Shown here: piece by piece, positions 55,468 through 64,000 of the stretch
Layout: each line of letters starts with the position of its first letter
How positions within the stretch are numbered: the first letter of the stretch is position 1
Source: Flaccisagitta enflata
Lineage: Eukaryota
Direction: 5' to 3'
Assembly (NCBI GenBank): GCA_965153355.1
Contig: OZ231126.1
Span: forward strand, 12,648,001-12,712,000
DNA length: 64,000 nt
Position numbers and translations under genes: made by a program
Notes under the pieces: model-generated
Seen by the model: only the letters and a program-made list of their open reading frames with translations
What the model was told of the DNA's origin: nothing
The model's database searches: none

Positions 55468-57565
55468 CGTTGTTGCTGTTGTTTATCAATAACCAAAATC
55501 ATCGCTTCTTTTCATGGAGATGAAACAACATATTCGCATTCAACCTCATTTGCATAATGAAGTTTTTTTGTATTGCGTAACTAACGATCCGGTAAGACCA
55601 TTTAAATGAATGATTTTACTACAAACAGATCATTCTGTCAACGACTGTTGCAAACAAAAGTCGTGCCATTGATCGTCATTCTTCAATTCTTCACTAATAC
55701 TGATCAAGATGCAAATTTTTAAAAATGGAATTCTTAACGGCAAATTCTTTATAAACCTGAAAATCAGAGTTTTATCAAAATGGATGTGACTTAAACCCCC
55801 AAAAAGTCGTCGAACGTTCTTCACAGGGGAGATCTTTGATACGCCCGGGTGCAACCCACAAGTGCCAACACAAATACCAAGTTGTTCGCGGGGTCGCCGC
55901 CGTCAGCTATCTTACTGCTGTCGGTGAAACGCGGTACTGCCAAAACGCGTCTTCTTCATCGGTGATTAGCGGCACTTGAATCATAGCCAGGTAGGAATTC
56001 AAGCTATTTCACTCCGTCAATTTTCTTAGTCCCGTGCTACGCAACTCTACACCCCGTTTGGTCGGTCCGTTACACTTTACTTTTTTGTTTGAATTTTTTG
56101 CGGCCTCTGGCCTCACGGCTCCTGCCCAAATGATCAAGTAACCTCAAATACAGCCCCTGCCCACCCGCACACGACTGGCGTGGCCTTGTATCCGGCCTTG
56201 TTTAAAAACGTCTTACATAAAGTAACCACTTATAATGGTATGGGAGTGGGCGGAGGCGATGATGCAAGGGTGTTTGGACAATAGGGCAGGGGCAATGAAC
56301 TTGTCGCAGTGACGAAAAAAATGTTGGACAATAGAACGAATTGTTGAGTCGCTTGCACGCAAACAATATAAGTAGGCAAAGAAGTGCATGCAACTGAACA
56401 ACAGTTCACAATCATGATTTCTAGCTTAAACGTCGAGAAGCATGACGTGAGCTTGTATTTAAAATTTCAAGGCAATTGCATCAATATTTTATAAATTACA
56501 GCCGTTTTTATATATGACGAGAAAAACGAAAAACCGGCAGTGTTTTTCTCCATTCTCTCACCAAACTTGCCCCAATACAAATTTCAATTATTTTCCAGGG
56601 TATTGGATCTCAAATTAAGTCATTTCCTATCGATTGCACCCCACTTTTAAAGACCATTTTTCAAAAAAATATTTTTTCAAAAATTTTTAGAGGCCCTAAG
56701 TAAAAATACTCTATAATTTTCAAAGATTTTTGAAAAAAAAAGTATTTTTCAGGGTATTGGATCTAGGCGAATTAGGTCATTTCCACTCATTTGCACCCTA
56801 CTTTTGATGACCATTTTCAAAAAAAAAAAATTTCTAATTTTTTTTTCTAAGACCCAAGTGGCGACACAAAAAATATCTGTTTTTTTTAAAAAATCAAATT
56901 TCAAGATTTTGGATCTAGGCGAATTAGGTCATTTCCAATATATTGCACCCCACTTATTTTTTCAAAAAAAAATTTCTTAGGTGTTTTTTAGGCCCTTAGG
57001 GCCCTTAGAAGTTGAAAAATTGGCTTACTCAGAGAAAGCGTAAGAAATCGAATCTCCGTCAAACAAAACCAAGAGCATCTAGATCAGTGGTGATTTACGC
57101 CTGTCGTGACCCTAGACACTTCAGGGGGCGAGTTTTTTTCAAACGGAGATGCGATTCCAGCCTTATAATTTTTAAGTTGTAGCTCGTCCCCTAATATAAG
57201 TTAAATAGGCAGAAAATCTTTAAGACGAACTCATTTTATGACACAAGAGAATCTACCTCATCCTCTTCAAATAGTTAAATACAGTGAAGCCTTCATTTTA
57301 CGAAGAATCATCATCGCCGAAATTGGCGAGGGTTTCCATATATACGGGGTTTGAAGGGGGATGGGGGGGGGGGGGGGTAAGAGATTCTTTGTAGACAAAA
57401 CGAAGAGGAACAAAGTATTACGAGGTCATTAAACACGTCCACAGTTTGAACATTGATCAATGACAAGAATACCTTCTGCCACAATGATAATGGCTCAAGA
57501 TAGAAGAAGAAGACGAAGACGAACACTGACGCAACGGATCTTCTTCACTACGGTTGATCACTCAA

Positions 57566-58594
<1,029 letters not shown>

Positions 58595-58785
58595 TCTCTC
58601 TCTCTCTCTCATCCTTACTCATTGCGCCGGCGGTTGGTTGCTGTCCGTCGTCTTCCTCGTTCATTTCTTATTGATAAGACGTTTTACGATGACGATTACG
58701 CACCTCATTAGCATTCCAAGGGGGCTGACTCCTTCTGACTTCTGACTCCTCTTCCTCCTCATCCTCCTCTTCCTCCTCTTCCACT

Positions 58786-58822
<37 letters not shown>

Positions 58823-58824
<2 letters not shown>

Positions 58825-59170
58825 AACCATGATTGCCACACATTGTTGATAAATGAATAATCCATACATTTAACTTATTGAACTACAATTATTGAAAAAT
58901 GACCCAAATTGAAGAAAGGAAAGTTACACGTATTCTCGCATATGTTACCATTTCTCATACATTACCATTTTCATATGTCCATATTACCACATGTTCATAT
59001 GTTACCATTTTTGTATGACTACCATTTTCATATGCCATATTCATAACTTTCCAAATATTTATTTTACCCTTGTAGACTAGACTATTTATTGTACTACATT
59101 TCGCTCAAAAACAATTTATTGTTTATGTGTTGAATGGCGCATTATTGAGCATTAAAATCAATCAACATCA
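58823..59170 (+). mobile_element. Probable retroelement 3' end inserted in (TC)n, right arm only
   Basis: AT-rich insert absent near 8190, ending attaaaatcaatcaa. Confidence 0.5.
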
Positions 59171-59332
59171 CCTTTCTTCTCTTTCTCTCATACGCTGACT
59201 CAGTGAGCTGAACCCTGACCCCAACCCTTTCGGTACGACCTTGGAAATGACTCAGATCATTCCTGTTCTTCCTGTGCCATCATCCCGACGAAGTAGCATC
59301 ACTACTAGGGAGAGATGGAGACAGAGACAGAG

Positions 59333-59435
<103 letters not shown>

Positions 59436-60221
59436 ATAATGTGTTTCAGTCCCTTGCACACTGTGCTTAATGTTTCTTGTCTGTTCTTCCTCTTCTTGAC
59501 AAGACTGAGGTCCACAGGGTCTGCTCAACTCCAGACCAGTGTCTTATTTATTCCTTCTTCTTTTTTTCTAGCTTTCTTTCCTTTCTTTTTAAGCATCACT
59601 TTCTTTTTCTTTTCTTTTTCTTTTCTTTTCTTTTTTCTTTCTTTCTTTCTTTCTTTCTTCTTTCTTTTCTTCTTTTTTCTTTCTTTTCAGCTTTCTTTTT
59701 TCTTATTCTTTTCTTTTTCTTTTTTCTTTTCTTCTTCTTTCTTCTCCTTCTTCTTCTTCTTTTCTTTTTCTTCTTTTTCTTCTTTTTTCATCTTCCTTTC
59801 TTTCTTCTTCTTCTTCTTCTTCTTCTCTTCTTCTCTTCTTCCTTCTTCTTTCTTCTTTCTTCTTTCTTCTTCTTCTTTCTTCTTCTTCTTTCTTCTTCTT
59901 CTTCTCCTTCTTCTTCTTCTTCTTCTTCTTCTTCTTCTTCTTCTACTTCTTTTTCTCCTTCCTCTTCTTGAGTTTCTTCAGTTATCCCCTATATTCTTCG
60001 TTTTAGTCGATTGCTAAGCGACACTATAAATGGTGTGTTCCTTTGAAGGAAGGTCTGATGATAATGTGAAGTTTTGGATGACACAAAATCAACCGATATA
60101 ATGATTTTTATGTTTTATTTTCCCTACCCACCTTTACCAGCGCCCCCACCCTCATTCTTTCCCCCATTTCCATCAACTCAATTTTTATCTCTTGTTCTTC
60201 TTCGTCCGTTTAACAGACTCA

Positions 60222-60488
60222 GAGGGTGTTTCTAGTCAATGAGGATCGCGTTTTGAACGGGCCACTCGGTCGCTCGCTACGTTCGTTCGCTCGCACCGCT
60301 CACTCCGCTCACTCGCTCCGCAGCGCTCCGCTTCGCTACGCTGGTCGCTCGCTCGCTCCGTTCACGGGCTCGCTCACTCACTTCGCTCACTCCCTCGTGG
60401 GACAGTTGAAACTCTTGAATATGTGTTCACACTGTTATCGCGTTTCACGGGAACAAACGTGTTTTTGGCGCTCACTAGAAACACGCCC
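60222..60488. mobile_element. PIF/Harbinger-like MITE (right arm only)
   Basis: TIR gagggtgtttctagt / actagaaacacgccc; 3-bp TSD tca; empty site near 7305. Confidence 0.75.
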
Positions 60489-60934
60489 TCATACATTCTC
60501 GACAGTGGTCGCTATCAGGCAGTATCAGCGTAGGTCGTTCGAGTCCCCGACTGGTCATTCAAGTGTCCCTCTGGCGTAATTCGTGACGTAAGTTCGCTTA
60601 CGAATCACGAATCACGAATCACTGAGTCAAGTGTCAACGAATGTAGAACGAGAGACGGGTCATGAACGTAGATAGACGCAAACTCGTGACCAACTCTCGT
60701 GATGGACTTTGATTAATTTCCATTTCCTGTCTAAACGTGAATCATGGCGTCATTTCCTTTTAAGACGCGTGTTCTGCGAAGACGGTGATTCGGCGAAGGA
60801 GACTCCTGTAACTCATGTTTCTAAATACCCGATGTGTTCGATTGAGGCCTAATTTCGACAAAGAATGATGATTATCTCTTTATCCTTTATAGTTACTAGT
60901 AATTACTCCCACTCTAACAAACTGAGGCATCTTT

Positions 60935-61739
60935 TTGGGCAGCGGCCCCGAAGGGGACGATGTCCTGTAGAACACAGGGGACTTTCGTTCGTTCGTTCGT
61001 TTGTCCGTCCGTCCATTCGTTCGTCCCCCCCCTCCCCTCAGGCCTCAAATCTGACCTCTCCAGCCTCAAATCTGATCTCTCGGGCCTAAAATCTGACCTC
61101 TCAGGCTTCAAATCCAGCCTCTCAGGCCTCAAATCCAGCCTCTCAGGCTTCAAATCCAGCCTCTCTGGCCTCTAATCCAGCCTCTCAGGCCTCAAATCCA
61201 GCCTCAGGCCTTAAATCCAGCCTCTCAGGCCTCAGAGATCCAGCCTCCTAGGCCTCAAATCCAGCCTTCAGGCCTCAACCAAGCTTCCTTCAGGGTCTCA
61301 AATCTAGCTCTGGTCTCCAACTAGCCCCTTAGGCTCCAAACCAGCCTTCAGGCTCAAACCAGCCTCAGCCCCAAATCCAGCCTCTCAGGCCTCAAAACCA
61401 GCCTTTCAGGTTCCAAATCTAGCCCCAGGCCTCACCAGCCTCAGGTCTCAAATAAGCTGCCTAGGTCAAATCCAAATTCCTCAGGGCCAGCTATCTCAAG
61501 CTTCCGATTGACACTCTCACGCCTTACATTAGCCTTCTTAGACCTCAGTTAAGGCTCTTGAAGGCCTTCAGTCAGCATCTCATCCCCTTCTTGAGGCAGG
61601 AAAAACAAATGTGTTCTGTGTTCTACAGGACATCGTCCCCTTCGGGGCCGCTGCCCTGCTTCCCCTCACTCCAATTCACAATCACTCAAAGCAGGGCAAC
61701 GGGTATTGCTGACCACATATTGCCCTTGGGTGACCTGTT
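60935..61739 (+). mobile_element. Helentron/DINE-1-like family A copy (right arm only)
   Basis: Inserted in a T-run (empty site near 6870); same structure as 27198-27880. Confidence 0.75.
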
Positions 61740-63379
61740 TTTTATCTTTTTTTTTTTTGCATATAGCTTGATACAAGGACGAGTTATATTTTTTGGGCCC
61801 CATGTCTTTCTTCTGCCTCCAGTTTTCCCATATACTCCCTTTTCTTCTTTCATCCCTTCATTCATTCCCATCTACCTTGCTTTCACCTACTTTCTTGTGT
61901 GGTTTTATCAAATCTTCATTCCCTCCTCCTACTTTCTGCCCTCCTTCAACCTGTCATCCTCTCTTTTCACTTTCCTTCAATGTCAACCTTCTTTCCTCCC
62001 TCCTACCCTTCTTGCATCTGTTCCCATCTTTCCTTCTCACATTCCTCCATGTCTTACCAGTTCATCCCTCTTCCTTCCTTCGTCCGCGTTGACTCCCCTC
62101 CCATCGAGGAGGACGACTCATTTTTTGTCGCAGACACGCGACTCTGCACCTTGCTTTGTCAGTCGGTCAGTCGGTCAGTCACATTTGTAAATTGCGAGTG
62201 GTTTATGCATAAGTGCTCCTGCCCAGCCGTCCGCGACTGTATAGCCGTGTATCCGGTCTGGTTCCTTTTCAATTTCCTTTTCACTTCCCTTCTTACTGCG
62301 TTACGAATCCATTCCTTTTCTTTTCTGCGCCCGCGTAGATCCTTTCCCATCAAGGAAGACGACTCATTTTTCTCAATCAGGATTTGGTTGTTTGACCGTT
62401 TTTGACCCGCTCGCGATTCATCAATGATACGCAACCCTTGATTTTGCATGTCATTAATGACCCGCGATCCTTGGTTTTGCACGGCATTGATGACCCGCGG
62501 CCATTGATTTTGCGTGTCATTAGTGACCTGCCATCATCGATATTGCGCGTCATTAATGACCCGAAATCCTCGTTTCATTGCACTTCATTTGCCGCTTAAT
62601 CACAATTCAGCCGTACTGTGGACGCTGTCACATTGCAGCATCATTTAATTGCAAAAGTTTCTTTCGGGCGGAGACACCAGTTCATCCATCGGGGAATTAC
62701 ACCTTTCATTTCTTTTCTTTCCTCTCCTTCATCATCCAACCTCAATATTTTCCTACTTTTGACGAACCACCAATTTTCTCTGGTAGGCACACACCACCCC
62801 CCCCCCTCCACTCTCCAACCATCCCTTTCCTTTCTTCCGACCCAGTCACTTTTCATCCCTCCCATGCCATACAAATTTTGCGTACATTTCGCTTTGATTT
62901 TTAACCACACCAAATGATTGATCACATACAAAAATAAATGATCACTCATGAAATAAAGGATCAAATCCCCAAAGAAAATGAAAGACCACACACAAAAAAA
63001 AAAAAAGAAAGATCACACAAAAAAATGAAAGATCACACAAAAGAACTGAATGATCACACAAAATAGCGGATCACACAAAATAGCGGATCACGCGTCGTTT
63101 CCATGCCGAATTCATTAAAGAATCCCAAGAACCAATTTAAACAATAAACAACCAATCTCGTTCCATCTCTTTCTTTCTTTCCTTCTTTCTTCATTTTTCC
63201 CTCTTTCTCTTTTAATTCGCACACAATCAAAAACAATAAACAATCTTTTTTTTTTTTTTATCCTTTTTGCCACCCATCAACAGAAACCCACGTTCGAGGG
63301 AGTCAAAATTAGAGGAAAATATTCAAATGAGCAGAGAAAAAGGTGGGAGAGAAAGGCGGAAAGGCAAAAAGACAGACAG

Positions 63380-63626
<247 letters not shown>

Positions 63627-63641
63627 AAAAAAGAAAAAAAG

Positions 63642-63772
<131 letters not shown>

Positions 63773-63776
63773 AAAA

Positions 63777-63815
<39 letters not shown>

Positions 63816-64000
63816 CGGTCATTAGATCTTTCGATCTTTCGATCTTTCGATTTTTTGCGCGTATGACTGCCTCAGACTGATGGGGCCAACAGACCAACTG
63901 ACCAACAGACCAACAGACAGACAAAGTTCCTTATAGAGATGCGAGGGCGCATCGAAAAAATGAAAGAAAAACAATCGCCGCACCGGTTTTTCGGGTTTTA

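Overview
Eukaryotic (probably invertebrate animal) DNA, very rich in microsatellites and transposons; almost all ORF-track entries are simple-repeat artefacts. Most of the window is one large inverted duplication: left arm ~4286-34194, right arm 39378-64000 (running off the edge), spacer ~5.2 kb. Comparing the arms gives empty versus filled sites for over a dozen insertions (hAT, TA-target, Mutator-like and Harbinger-like MITEs, Helentron/DINE-1-like elements, LINE 3' ends, a foldback composite). Each arm carries one copy of a small spliced gene for a secreted protein: signal peptide, Thr/Pro/Tyr/Asp-rich mucin-like stalk, thyroglobulin type-1 domain (right copy 50528-51849, +, 234 aa; left copy 19491-21816, -). 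Main observation: the left copy's coding exon 2 is split by a 1146-bp hAT element. The single mismatch between its TIRs creates a GT donor 5 nt inside one end and an AG acceptor 5 nt inside the other. Splicing would leave 5+5+8 (TSD) = 18 nt and an intact frame, so it is a candidate intron-generating transposon. A second hAT MITE family here has the same geometry. The gene copies also differ by a sharply bounded, deeply diverged in-frame tract that looks like gene conversion. Splicing and the reality of the inverted duplication cannot be proven from sequence alone.
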